Below are positions 13,943 through 23,395 of a DNA stretch of 23,874 nt, in pieces. Positions within the stretch are counted from its first letter, which is position 1, and each line of letters opens with the position of its first letter. The translations under genes and the position numbers were made by a program. The notes beneath the pieces were generated by a model. The model saw only the letters and a program-made list of their open reading frames with translations, was not told the DNA's origin and did not search any database. This DNA comes from an uncultured virus (IMG/VR IMGVR_UViG_3300027022_000002) (taxonomy: Duplodnaviria; Heunggongvirae; Uroviricota; Caudoviricetes), in IMG/VR virus record IMGVR_UViG_3300027022_000002. One strand, 5' to 3'.

Positions 13943-15081
13943 CAGGCCACGTCCTCTGTCAACGCACCCATGGTCAGCGTCGCTTTCTCCACCTCGCCGG
14001 GAGACACCGTGATCGACACCACCCGCATCCGGGTGTCCAACCCGGCGCGGAAGAAGTCGTCGTCGATGACCACCCGGGCGTCGTCGCCGGGCGATATCTC
14101 ACCCACCCCAGGCGACTTCCCCGGGACCATGTCCATCGACGCCAACGCCACAGGAAGGCGAGCCGCCCACAGGTCCGCCTCTGCGTGCCCCTGCAGCGTC
14201 GACAGCGATTCCACAGTCGAATAGTTCGATTCGCCTTCGAGGAGTGGCCAACCGTCGGCGTGCCGGCTCTCGTTCTGAGCCCACGCCGTCAGCTGGCTGT
14301 AGTCCATCCCGGCCCCCACCGCGAACCAGCGGGTCGCCATCCGAGCCCCGTCCGACTGCCAGCTGTAGCCGGCCACGTTGCCGCCGTACTCCAACACGTG
14401 CGCGGTCCCCAACTGGCCGAGCGTCGGAGCGCCGATCCGCAGCAGCCGCACCGGACGACCCTGCCCATCCAGCGTCGGCGCGCAGTCGAACATCATGTCC
14501 GGGCCGCCCTCGACATTCTGCAGCGCCGTCAACGCGTCCCCGACGCTGTTCAACTCATACCCGTAGTAGGTGCGGGACCTCTCAACCCCGGACAGGCTGC
14601 CGTCGAGCTGCACCCCGATGTCGCCGCCGGTGTGCGACTGGGCCTGCGCGACCAGGTCCCGGGCGATCTGGTTTTGATCACCGGCGAACTCCGTCACCCG
14701 CGTCGACACCTCATCGCCAGGGTTGAGCACCGGCAGCACCTTCCGGTGGTTGAAGTACGACCACCAGTCCGCGCCGCCCACATCGAGCATCCCCGACTGC
14801 GAGTTGTAACGGCGGGTCCAGATGATCCCACCCCACCACACCCGGTCGCCGCGCAGCGCGTACAACGCGGTCCGCGCAGGGGTGGTCAGCTGATACAGGT
14901 CACCTCGGACCGCGCCCGACACCAGCAGCGAAGCGTTGACCGTCCCCGACTCGCCGAGAGTCTTCGACATGCGCACGTTGTACAGCGGCAACTCGCCGGC
15001 GATCAGCCCTGACCGCAGGTCCCCGACCAGGTAGGTCCACTCAGGGGATGTCGCCGCCGACGCCAGCAGCGGACCGGTCAT
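13942..15081 (-). CDS. Minor tail protein (baseplate hub/Tal-like)
   Basis: ATGA overlap at 15078-15081. WTYLVGDLRSG, VWWGGIIW and ISPGDDARVVIDD...RVVSITV motifs typical of actinophage hub proteins. Confidence 0.85.
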   Translation of the reverse strand: MTGPLLASAATSPEWTYLVGDLRSGLIAGELPLYNVRMSKTLGESGTVNASLLVSGAVRGDLYQLTTPARTALYALRGDRVWWGGIIWTRRYNSQSGMLDVGGADWWSYFNHRKVLPVLNPGDEVSTRVTEFAGDQNQIARDLVAQAQSHTGGDIGVQLDGSLSGVERSRTYYGYELNSVGDALTALQNVEGGPDMMFDCAPTLDGQGRPVRLLRIGAPTLGQLGTAHVLEYGGNVAGYSWQSDGARMATRWFAVGAGMDYSQLTAWAQNESRHADGWPLLEGESNYSTVESLSTLQGHAEADLWAARLPVALASMDMVPGKSPGVGEISPGDDARVVIDDDFFRAGLDTRMRVVSITVSPGEVEKATLTMGALTEDVA

Positions 15082-16394
15082 TCTCGTCCGATCAGCGTGA
15101 ACGAGCTGCCCGCGACGAAGTTCGTGCCGCCCTGTTCGGGGAAGAAGTCGAGCCTCGTGTATGGGCCGGCACCCGAGAAGTGGCCGCCACCGGATGTCAT
15201 CCAGCCGACGTTCGACGCCGCCTCGAACGTCGAGTCGAACAGGTAGTGGCAGCGGCCATGCGCCGCAGCCCAGGTCGGAAACACGACCCGGCCCGCGCCG
15301 AACCGGCCCGCAACCGCGCTGGCCCGCGCTGAAATGCCGATCTGCGCCCGGTTGCCACCCCACGTGTAGTTGTGCGTCACCGCCGTGCCCGCGCCGCCGG
15401 CCGACTGCAGCAGCCGGTTCTCGTACACGCTGGCCGACGAGTTGTTGACCCGCACGAACACGCCGGCCGCGGTGAACCCCGCCCAGTCGTCACGGGTCGT
15501 CCACGACACCTCCACCGACCGCAGCGTCTCTGGAATGTTGTCGAACGTCACCGACGCCGCCGACGAGGCCAAGGTCTGCACCCGCCGGTACACGCCGGCC
15601 ACCGACCACTCCGTGCCCGACCAGCGGTACAGCATCCCGTCGCCGGTGTTGTAGGCCACCTGGCCGGCGTACGGGCTAGTGACCGCGCTGGCCAGGTCCC
15701 CGGTGCTGGCCACCACGGCAACACCCTGCACCCGCCAACCGGACCCGTCGTACACCTCGGTCCACTGCCGATCGGTGCGCCACACCGGCATCCCCGGGTA
15801 CGCGCCGGTCAGCGCGTCCCGGGCGGCCTGCGACGGCACCGGCAGCAGCCCGCCGAGCGCCACCGTCTGCGGCACCGCAGGGTGGGTGATGTCCGGCTGG
15901 GTGACCTCGGTGGCGTTCGCGGCCACCCGCACCCGGGCCAGCAGAACCCAGTCGGGGGAGCCGTCCACCGCCGGGTCCGATGGCGTCGCCGACGGCGTTC
16001 CCACCACGTGCCGGACCACGAACTCGTTCCCCGGGTCGCTGTACCACTGGTCGGACTGCTGAGCGACGATCAGATCGTCCCGGGGGTGCGTTGGGTCAGC
16101 CGGCGTCGCGAGAACGTTGACGTCCTTGATCGCGTCGAGTGTGGCGAGATACACCCCACCCGCCCCGGCCCGCCCGGTCTGCAGCACCAGCTGAAACGGC
16201 TGGACGTGCACCCACCCGTCAGGGGTGCCCGTCGCCAGCACCCGGGCAGGGTCGCCCGCCGCCGGCCGCAACCCGGTGCGGGCGGTCACCGCGCCAGCCG
16301 GGGCCACCAACGCGCCCACCGCCAACCGGGAATCCTCCACCGTCAGCAGCCCTCCGGCCTCGCTGACTGCCCACGAGTTACGTTCCGCCACCAC
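15078..16394 (-). CDS. Minor tail protein (upper baseplate/fibre)
   Basis: ADPTHPRDDLIV...GTPSATP..P...LARVRV motif, two short repeated VxxTD...YDGSGW modules, and a lectin-like C-terminal domain (SVTFDNIP...GSSFTLIG). Confidence 0.85.
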   Translation of the reverse strand: MVAERNSWAVSEAGGLLTVEDSRLAVGALVAPAGAVTARTGLRPAAGDPARVLATGTPDGWVHVQPFQLVLQTGRAGAGGVYLATLDAIKDVNVLATPADPTHPRDDLIVAQQSDQWYSDPGNEFVVRHVVGTPSATPSDPAVDGSPDWVLLARVRVAANATEVTQPDITHPAVPQTVALGGLLPVPSQAARDALTGAYPGMPVWRTDRQWTEVYDGSGWRVQGVAVVASTGDLASAVTSPYAGQVAYNTGDGMLYRWSGTEWSVAGVYRRVQTLASSAASVTFDNIPETLRSVEVSWTTRDDWAGFTAAGVFVRVNNSSASVYENRLLQSAGGAGTAVTHNYTWGGNRAQIGISARASAVAGRFGAGRVVFPTWAAAHGRCHYLFDSTFEAASNVGWMTSGGGHFSGAGPYTRLDFFPEQGGTNFVAGSSFTLIGRE

Positions 16395-16413
16395 GACCCC
16401 CTTTCGGCCTGTG

Positions 16414-17289
16414 TCACATGTGCCCGTGCCGCCACCGGACCGTCACCTGCGACGCCGGGTCGTACGCGCCGGTCGTTGTGACGACGATCGGCGTCTCACT
16501 CTTCTTCGCCAGCGGGAACCACTGCGCCGTGTGCAGCCGCGTCCGCTGAGACACCCCCGCCAACGTCACCGACCGGTTCCCGGTGTCCACGGACACCGTC
16601 TGCCCGGCCGGGATCTCCCACGCCGGGTCGAACGCCAGCACCTGGCCGGTCAGCGACGACACCAGCCGAACCCCCATCAGCGGCCCAGCCAGGTCGATCA
16701 GCGGCCACACCGCCACGTTGCCGGCGTTGAACGGCCGTAGGATCTGCGCGCCGACGCTGTCGCCGAAGTCCAGCGGGAACAGCAGCGGGAACTCGAGCCC
16801 GCCGTCGACCGGCGGGCTCAACCCCACCGACGCGGACAGCTCCGGCCCAGCCGAGTAGCGGCGAGGATCGGACGCCAACCACTGCATCACCACCCGCCGG
16901 TGCCCGATGGACCACTGCCAGTCAGTCGGCACCGACCGGCGTTCCAGTCGGGCCCACACCGTCTGCGGTTCGCCGGTGCCAGACCAGATCGTCAACGGCT
17001 CCTCGGCCGGGTCCTCATCCAGCGCGGTGGCGTCCCGGACGTCTTCCAACAGGTCGACACCGTCGTCGTCGGCTGCCTGCGTCAGCTCCACCTCGATCAG
17101 CCGGGCCCCGGCGCGCAGCTTCCCCAGGTGCACACCGTGCCGGTCCGGCCGGTCCACCTGCGCGGACCGAACCGGAGGCAGATCGTGCCAGCCGCGCAGG
17201 TTGGAGATCGTCCACGGTGACAGCGGCCACCCCCACAGCCGGTCACGCCACTGCAGGTGATGCGGGGCGGTCACCAACTCCCCAGTCAT
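16414..17289 (-). CDS. Distal tail protein (Dit-like)
   Basis: Directly after the tape measure gene. ASDPRRYS, GLEFPLLFPLDFG and NAGNVAVWP motifs. Confidence 0.85.
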   Translation of the reverse strand: MTGELVTAPHHLQWRDRLWGWPLSPWTISNLRGWHDLPPVRSAQVDRPDRHGVHLGKLRAGARLIEVELTQAADDDGVDLLEDVRDATALDEDPAEEPLTIWSGTGEPQTVWARLERRSVPTDWQWSIGHRRVVMQWLASDPRRYSAGPELSASVGLSPPVDGGLEFPLLFPLDFGDSVGAQILRPFNAGNVAVWPLIDLAGPLMGVRLVSSLTGQVLAFDPAWEIPAGQTVSVDTGNRSVTLAGVSQRTRLHTAQWFPLAKKSETPIVVTTTGAYDPASQVTVRWRHGHM

Positions 17290-20200
17290 CCGAGCCCCCG
17301 AGCCAGCCAGTCCAGCTCGGCCGCGACCTGGTGCGGGTCGTCGCCGTGCGCGTGGAACTCGCCGATCGACACCAACGGCTGGTCACCGCGCGGCTGGTCA
17401 CCGCCGACCGCCGCCTGCCGCACCGCCTGCCACTGCTGGTCGGTGAGCACCGGCTCCGGCGAGCTGGTGCGGTTGTCGACCACACTGATTCCCCGGGGCA
17501 GGTAGCCGCCCGAGTCGAACAGGCGGGGCACCACCCCGCCGAGCCGCATCCCCATGTGCCCGACCCGGGCGAACGAGCCGACGTCGGCGGCCTGCGGGCC
17601 GACCAGCACCCCACGGGAGCCGCGTGACTCGAACGGCAACCCGGCGAGGTTCCCGGCGGTGTGGCCGACCGACCCGCCGCCCCGTTCCCCGGCGTGCGCC
17701 CACCCGACCGTGTACACGCCCCGGCCGGGGTCGAAGAAGTCCGCCATGTTGTGGGTGGAGAACACCCGCTGATGCGGGTTGCCGCCACGTAGCAGCTGGT
17801 ACACCGCGCCGACCAGCCCGGAGCAGTCGTAGCCGTGTGGCCCGGCAGCCGCCCACACGTACGGTTTACCGGCCTGCGCGCGGATCCACTGCTGCACCTC
17901 GCTCACCCCTTCCGGGGCCTGCCCGTCGAACCCGAACACGCCCTTGACCGCCCGGGTGACCCACTTGGCGGCCTCGGACAGCACCGTCTGCCCGGTGGCG
18001 ACCGCGATGTCCCGGACCGCGCCCGCGCCCGGCACCTGGTCGAGCATCGGTTCGACGATCTTTCGGAACGCGCCGACCGGGTCGGTGATCGTGTTCCACG
18101 CGGTTGCCAAAGCGCCGAAGATGCCGCCCGTGTTGAACCCGCCGTGGTAGATGCCCCCGGTCGCGAACCGGGCCGGGCGTCCGATCCGACCCTGGCCGTC
18201 GATGTAGCCGGCGGCCGGGGTCGACGGGTCGCCGCCGAGCGTGTTGAGCAGCCCGGCCAGCCACGCCCGTACCCCGGCGACACCGCCGGCGCGGGCCGCC
18301 GCGTTCGCCGAGTGCACCCCGGCCGCGCCGAGCGCGGCGGTGAACTCCGGCCGCATGATCGCCTCACCGCCGGACAGGTCGATCATCCCACCGGTGGGGG
18401 AGAAGAACCGGTGCACGTCCCGCCCCGGCGTGTACCCGGGCAGCACCCCGCCTTGGGCGAACTTCGGCACCGGCACCAGCGGGATCGGGTCCGCGCCGAC
18501 CTTCTCGGCGACCCAGTTGAACCCGCCGATCAACCCTTTGTTGATCACGGTTTCGATGACGAACCGGATCGGCGCGGACGCGATCTGCCGGAACGTCTCG
18601 AACTTCTTCGACAGGATGTCCAACCCGGCCTGCCAGGCGGGTGCGACGTGGTCGCGGATGAATCCGGCCACGGCGTTCAGCACCGGCTTGATCACGTTGT
18701 GCCAGATGAACGTCAGCTTGACGCCGGCCGCGTCCAGCGACGGCCGGATGGCCCGCTCGTACAGCCACATCCACACCGCGCCGCCGGCTTTCAACCCGAT
18801 CTCGATCAGCCCGAAGATGACCTGCCAGATCGCCCACGCCACCTGCAGCGCCGTGGTGATCCCCGCCAGCACCGGGGCTACGACGTTGTCGTACAGGAAC
18901 CGCCACGCCGGGGCGACCACGCCGGTGAAGAACGCCACCATCAGCCCGAACACCGTGGACACGACCGACCCGACCAGCCCGACCGCGTCGGCCATGCCCT
19001 GCCCGGCCGGGCGGAACACCTGATGCCACAGCCACATCAGCACCGGGGCGAGGTTGTTCTGCCACGTGTCGACCAGCATCCCGGCGACCAGTGAGACCGC
19101 CGGCCAGATGACCTGCTGCCACACGTCGGCGACGCCCTGACCGAACGGCACCAGCACCTGCTGCCACAGCCAGGTGGCCGCGTCGGCGACGGCCCGCAGC
19201 GAGGCGTCGACAGCGGTGCGGAACCAGCCGACCCGCTCGTAGGCGGACGTCAACGCGGCCACCAAGGCGATGACGCCGACGATGATGCCGTAGATGGCTG
19301 CGGCGGGTGCCCCGGCGAGTAGGCCGATGGTGACCACCAGCGCGGCGACGGAGGCCACCACGATAGCCAGCACCGTCGGGTCAAGGTCGTTCAGCAGCCG
19401 GAACAGGGCGGTGAACGCGGCCATCATCACGGTGCCGAGCGGAGCTAGGGTGACACCGAGGTTGACGACCAGCGTGATCAGTTCGCCGAGGAACGACACC
19501 ACCTGCGGCCCGTACTCGCGGACGTAGGCCAGGAACTCCTGAAACGCCGGATTCTGGTCCAGGGTGGACGCCCATTCGGCGAAGCGGCGCGTCAGGTCGA
19601 CCAGCCCGGCCGACATGTCCCTGCTGAACGGGGAGAACGCCATCAGCAGCCCGGCGAACCCCTGCGCCAGATAGCCGAGCGTCTGCGCCAGCTCCGTCAT
19701 GTTCTGGGCGGCGGTGTCACCGATCCAGCCGAAGAACTCCTGCCAGAACGGGGCGGTCAACGCCTTCAACCCGGCCTCGAACAGGTCCCCCAGCGTGGCC
19801 GCGAGAGCGCCGATGAACGCCGTCAGCTGCGGCGCGTACGGCAGCAGCGCCTGCAGCCCGGCCTGAACTCCGGGTAGCAGCCCGATCTGCGCGGCGTCGC
19901 GGAACCCGCGCATCGTGTCCCGCAGCGAATGCAGGAACAGCGCGAACCGGCGACCCTCCGGCGTCAGCCCGGCCATCTGGTCGCGCATGTCCTTGATCGC
20001 GGCCGGCACCTGCACCGCCTCGGCCCGGGTGTCGGCGAGGGCCTGCTGTGCCTGAACGATCGCCCGCTCGGCCTGGGCGATCTGGTAGGCGGACTCCTCG
20101 GCCTGCAAACCCTGCCGGCGGCGGGCCTCGGCCGCGGCCTCGACCGCGTCGCGTTCGTCGCGCTGCGCCGCCGCGACTCGGTCCAACGCGGCCCGCACCT

Positions 20201-21641
20201 GGTCGGACCCTTCCACGCCGGCCCGGTCGGCGTCGGCCTTCTCCTGCGCTGTGCGCTGGTTGGACAGTCGCTGCTGCTCAAGCCGGAACTCGGCCTGCTC
20301 GAAGTCCAGCTGCAACTGCTCCTGATGTTCGGCCTCTGCCTGCGCCCGTTCCCGGAGCTGGTCGAGCGCCTCCGTCGCGCCCTGCCGTTCCAGGTCGGCG
20401 GCGATCTCCGCCGTACGCTTCTGCTGGTCGAGACCTTCGTCCCGGGCCTTGCGGGCCCGTTCCAGAGTGAGCACCGCTTGCCGCTCGGCCAGCTCCCCGC
20501 CCCGCTGCGCAGCCTCAAGATCCTCAAGGGCTCGCGCGGCGTCCTCACGGGCCTCGGTCAACGCCTCCTGCGCCTGCCGGTGCCGGTCCTGCGCGTCTGC
20601 GATCCGCTCATCGGCGGCGGCGACCCGCTCGGCCGCCGCCCGCTGAGACTCGGCCGCCGACACCAGCGCCCGCTCGTACGCCTCCCGGGCCTGCCGCACC
20701 CCCTCGGTGGCGGCGGCCACCTGCTTCTGCTTCGCCGCATAGGCGGCGGCCATCTCAGCTTGCGCGCCCTGCGCCTTGCCGAGCGACTGGACCGCGCCAA
20801 GGATGCCGGAGAAGCCGAGCGCCAGCACCCCCAACGCGGCGACGCCGGCCATCGCCATGGTGACGATGCCGAACAGCGCCCCGGCAGCCGCCGCCGCGAC
20901 GGGCACGATCACAGGGGCGATCCCGACCGCAGCCAGGATCAGCCCTCGTACGCTGCGGGTGGCCCGGTTCGCCGACCGGTCGATCGCCCCGATCCCACCG
21001 CCGTCGCGGTCGCTGTCTGTCTCGACCCTGACCCGCACCGGCCGGCGGGCCTCGTCCCGCAGATCCCGCAGCTCCCGCTTGAGCTTGGTCATCTCGGCGA
21101 GCCCCTGCAGGGCGTCGACGTCGACGGGGACGTCCCGGCCCTGCGCCCGTAGCTTCTCGATCTCCTGCGACAGCATCGAGTACTGCCGGCGGATCGCCTG
21201 GACCCGCACCAGCACTTCTTCGTCGTTGACGTCAATGTCGACGTCAATGTCGGACAGTGCGAGCATTTCCGCCCGCAGCTGGGCGATCATCCGGTCGACC
21301 TTCGACGAATCGCCGTCGATCTTCACCTCGGGCAGGTTCCGCAGCCCGGCGGCGAGCGACGCCCGCAACGTCCGGGACATGTCCTGCCCCAGGTTCTGCC
21401 CGGACCGGGCCGCCTGCGGCCGGGCAGCCCGGCCGGCGGACCGTACCCCGTCGACGACCTCAGCGGAGATCCGCCGCCCGATCGGCTTCGACACCTCCTC
21501 GGCGATCCGCCGGCCCGCCACCGCCGCCTGCGGATCGACCTGCGCCTTCAGCTTCCGCCCGAAGTCCTTCGCCACCGGGTAGATGTCGACCGCGACACCC
21601 ATCACTGTCGGGTCCGCGCCGCCGTCGAAGTCGTCAGCCAC
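17286..21641 (-). CDS. Tape measure protein with a C-terminal NlpC/P60 hydrolase domain
   Basis: 1451 aa, Ala-rich, with coiled coils and periodic W/F repeats. FAQGG..PGY and LSGGEAIM motifs. GKPYVWAAAGPHGYDCSGLV...GHTAG. Confidence 0.95.
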   Translation of the reverse strand: MADDFDGGADPTVMGVAVDIYPVAKDFGRKLKAQVDPQAAVAGRRIAEEVSKPIGRRISAEVVDGVRSAGRAARPQAARSGQNLGQDMSRTLRASLAAGLRNLPEVKIDGDSSKVDRMIAQLRAEMLALSDIDVDIDVNDEEVLVRVQAIRRQYSMLSQEIEKLRAQGRDVPVDVDALQGLAEMTKLKRELRDLRDEARRPVRVRVETDSDRDGGGIGAIDRSANRATRSVRGLILAAVGIAPVIVPVAAAAAGALFGIVTMAMAGVAALGVLALGFSGILGAVQSLGKAQGAQAEMAAAYAAKQKQVAAATEGVRQAREAYERALVSAAESQRAAAERVAAADERIADAQDRHRQAQEALTEAREDAARALEDLEAAQRGGELAERQAVLTLERARKARDEGLDQQKRTAEIAADLERQGATEALDQLRERAQAEAEHQEQLQLDFEQAEFRLEQQRLSNQRTAQEKADADRAGVEGSDQVRAALDRVAAAQRDERDAVEAAAEARRRQGLQAEESAYQIAQAERAIVQAQQALADTRAEAVQVPAAIKDMRDQMAGLTPEGRRFALFLHSLRDTMRGFRDAAQIGLLPGVQAGLQALLPYAPQLTAFIGALAATLGDLFEAGLKALTAPFWQEFFGWIGDTAAQNMTELAQTLGYLAQGFAGLLMAFSPFSRDMSAGLVDLTRRFAEWASTLDQNPAFQEFLAYVREYGPQVVSFLGELITLVVNLGVTLAPLGTVMMAAFTALFRLLNDLDPTVLAIVVASVAALVVTIGLLAGAPAAAIYGIIVGVIALVAALTSAYERVGWFRTAVDASLRAVADAATWLWQQVLVPFGQGVADVWQQVIWPAVSLVAGMLVDTWQNNLAPVLMWLWHQVFRPAGQGMADAVGLVGSVVSTVFGLMVAFFTGVVAPAWRFLYDNVVAPVLAGITTALQVAWAIWQVIFGLIEIGLKAGGAVWMWLYERAIRPSLDAAGVKLTFIWHNVIKPVLNAVAGFIRDHVAPAWQAGLDILSKKFETFRQIASAPIRFVIETVINKGLIGGFNWVAEKVGADPIPLVPVPKFAQGGVLPGYTPGRDVHRFFSPTGGMIDLSGGEAIMRPEFTAALGAAGVHSANAAARAGGVAGVRAWLAGLLNTLGGDPSTPAAGYIDGQGRIGRPARFATGGIYHGGFNTGGIFGALATAWNTITDPVGAFRKIVEPMLDQVPGAGAVRDIAVATGQTVLSEAAKWVTRAVKGVFGFDGQAPEGVSEVQQWIRAQAGKPYVWAAAGPHGYDCSGLVGAVYQLLRGGNPHQRVFSTHNMADFFDPGRGVYTVGWAHAGERGGGSVGHTAGNLAGLPFESRGSRGVLVGPQAADVGSFARVGHMGMRLGGVVPRLFDSGGYLPRGISVVDNRTSSPEPVLTDQQWQAVRQAAVGGDQPRGDQPLVSIGEFHAHGDDPHQVAAELDWLARGLG

Positions 21642-21665
21642 CAGCGAACCCCCCTTTCCCTTGGC

Positions 21666-22139
21666 TCAGGACGCCGCGTGAACCCGCCGGGTCCGCAGCT
21701 TCTCCAGATACGCCCGGCCCGCCTCGGTGATCTCCCGGCCGGCGTCAGGCGACCGCACCCCGGGGCGCGGGTACGGGTTCGGCTGTTTCGGTTTCGCCCC
21801 GGCCGACTGGTAGACGGCGTACCGCAACCACCGCACCTCGTCGATCAGCGAGGCGATCCGCAGATCGGTGTGCGACCACGGGCCGTGCCCGGACGGCTGG
21901 TCCTTCTCGGCCAGCTCGGCGAGTTCGGCTTCCCCGAGGTCGTCACGGACGGCGGTCTTCGTCGCCGACTCCGGCGGCAGCCCGTCGATCAGGGCCCGCA
22001 GCAGCCGTGGCGTCAGCCCGGACCGGCCGCCGCCGCGCCGCCACAGGTCTCGCAGGTCCACCCGGTGGTAGGCCCGCAGGTCGGTTTCTATCTCCGTCGC
22101 GTACCCATCAACGAACGCCGCGACATCGACTGTTTTCCC
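21666..22139 (-). CDS. Tail assembly chaperone, post-frameshift segment (gpT-like)
   Basis: The -1 frame is open from the slippery site: GKTVDVAAFVDGYATEIETDLRAYHRVDLRDLW...LIDGLPPESAT...PYPRPG. Confidence 0.88.
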   Translation of the reverse strand, partial: GKTVDVAAFVDGYATEIETDLRAYHRVDLRDLWRRGGGRSGLTPRLLRALIDGLPPESATKTAVRDDLGEAELAELAEKDQPSGHGPWSHTDLRIASLIDEVRWLRYAVYQSAGAKPKQPNPYPRPGVRSPDAGREITEAGRAYLEKLRTRRVHAAS

Positions 22140-22582
22140 ACGTCCTGCCCGGTGAGCCGGCGCACTGCGGCGAACATGTCCATGACCTCATCCAAGGTGG
22201 GGTCCACGTCGCACCACACCTCGTACGAGCCCGGGGTGAGGCACAGTTCCGCCCAACCCTCGAAGTCGCCGGTCTGCATGGCGTTGTTCGCCGACGACCG
22301 CCACCGGCCCGGAGGCAGGACGTGCACCAGCCGCTTGTCCGGGCCCAACGGCACGGTGACCACGTCATCGGGGACGTCGGCCTCGGCAGCTACTTCGGCG
22401 CGCATGTCCCGCACGGTGTCGGACGCGGCCGGGTCGTCAGCGGCGGCTTGCTCGGCGACCCACCGGGCGTCACGCTCGGCTAGGTCTTCGGCGACGCGCC
22501 GGGCCGACGCCGCGGCCTTCTTCGCCGCCGCCGTCTTTCTCGGCGCGGCCTTCTTCGGCGCGGTCTTCTTCGCGGTAGCCAT
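22088..22582 (-). CDS. Tail assembly chaperone (gpG-like)
   Basis: Lies between the major tail and tape measure genes; GK slippery codons near its end; GAGAGGG RBS. Confidence 0.88.
   Translation of the reverse strand: MATAKKTAPKKAAPRKTAAAKKAAASARRVAEDLAERDARWVAEQAAADDPAASDTVRDMRAEVAAEADVPDDVVTVPLGPDKRLVHVLPPGRWRSSANNAMQTGDFEGWAELCLTPGSYEVWCDVDPTLDEVMDMFAAVRRLTGQDVGKQSMSRRSLMGTRRR
22133..22139 (-). other. -1 ribosomal frameshift slippery heptamer G GGA AAA
   Basis: GTG GGA AAA CAG in frame 0; a -1 shift joins the ORF ending at 21666. Confidence 0.9.
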
Positions 22583-22599
22583 GCTTTCCCTCTCTCGGG

Positions 22600-23184
22600 T
22601 TACGGGGTGGCCAGTGCGTTGAGTAGGTAGAACCAGTGGATGGCGACCCCGTCGCTACCGGGGTGAGCGGTCAGCTGCACCCCGTGTTGGATCGCCGCCG
22701 ACGGCCGCACCTCCCAGTTCGCCGGGCCGGTGTTCTCGACCAGCGGCGCGTAGGCGCGGACGTGGTTGAGCCCGTCGAGGATGTCGAACACGACCGCGTA
22801 GGTGACGTCGGCCGGCTCGCCCTCGGTGAAGTCGAACGCTCCGGACGCGTCGGGAACCAGCGCGTCTAGGGCCAGCCCGTGGTATACGGCCAGGGCCACC
22901 GGCGACGACTCGAGGAAGCCGATGTTGAACGTCGTCTTGCGGGTCGTCTTCAACGTGCGGACCGGCTGCCGCACCCCGTAGGCGCGGATGTCGACGGTCT
23001 CCTGCTCGAGGGCCTTCGTCAGCCCTTCTTCGGTGACGTAGCCGGGGTCGAGGAACGCGGCGTCCAACGCCCCGTCGGCCGTTGTTGGCGCGGTGGACCC
23101 CTTCGGGGCGAAGTGGGACAGCGCGGTGCCGGCCGCGCCGCCGCCAGCTACCCCGGCGAGTACCAGATCACGGTTCGCTGCCAT
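22600..23184 (-). CDS. Major tail protein
   Basis: APKGSTAPT...FLDPGYVTEEGLT...IRAYG..PVRT and AVVFDILDG motifs; AAGGAG RBS; position before the chaperones. Confidence 0.92.
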   Translation of the reverse strand: MAANRDLVLAGVAGGGAAGTALSHFAPKGSTAPTTADGALDAAFLDPGYVTEEGLTKALEQETVDIRAYGVRQPVRTLKTTRKTTFNIGFLESSPVALAVYHGLALDALVPDASGAFDFTEGEPADVTYAVVFDILDGLNHVRAYAPLVENTGPANWEVRPSAAIQHGVQLTAHPGSDGVAIHWFYLLNALATP

Positions 23185-23395
23185 TGGTCTCCTTCTTTCT
23201 CTGCGGATGGTTCCCGGACGCGTAGTCCGTGGCCGGTCCGTCGGCGGGGGCAGTCGCCTGACGTAGCAGCTGCGTCAGCTCGTGGTTTGCTGCCTGCAGC
23301 CGGGCGATGTCTCGCTGGGCGAGGTACAGCTCGAACGTCAGCTGGCGGACGTCTTCGATGGTGATCTCAACCCCGGCTTGGGGATGCGGAGACAT
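23168..23395 (-). CDS. Small coiled-coil protein (75 aa), possible fibre chaperone
   Basis: TGATG overlap at 23393-23397. ITIEDVRQLTFELYLAQRDIARLQAANHEL. Confidence 0.7.
   Translation of the reverse strand: MSPHPQAGVEITIEDVRQLTFELYLAQRDIARLQAANHELTQLLRQATAPADGPATDYASGNHPQRKKETNGSEP

Noticed and set aside
13942..15363. 473-aa version of the hub protein
   Set aside because: The extension overlaps the upstream tail gene by about 285 bp; ATGA coupling gives a start at 15081.
15078..16394. Diversity-generating retroelement target in the lectin-like tail domain
   Set aside because: No template repeat or reverse transcriptase is seen in the window.
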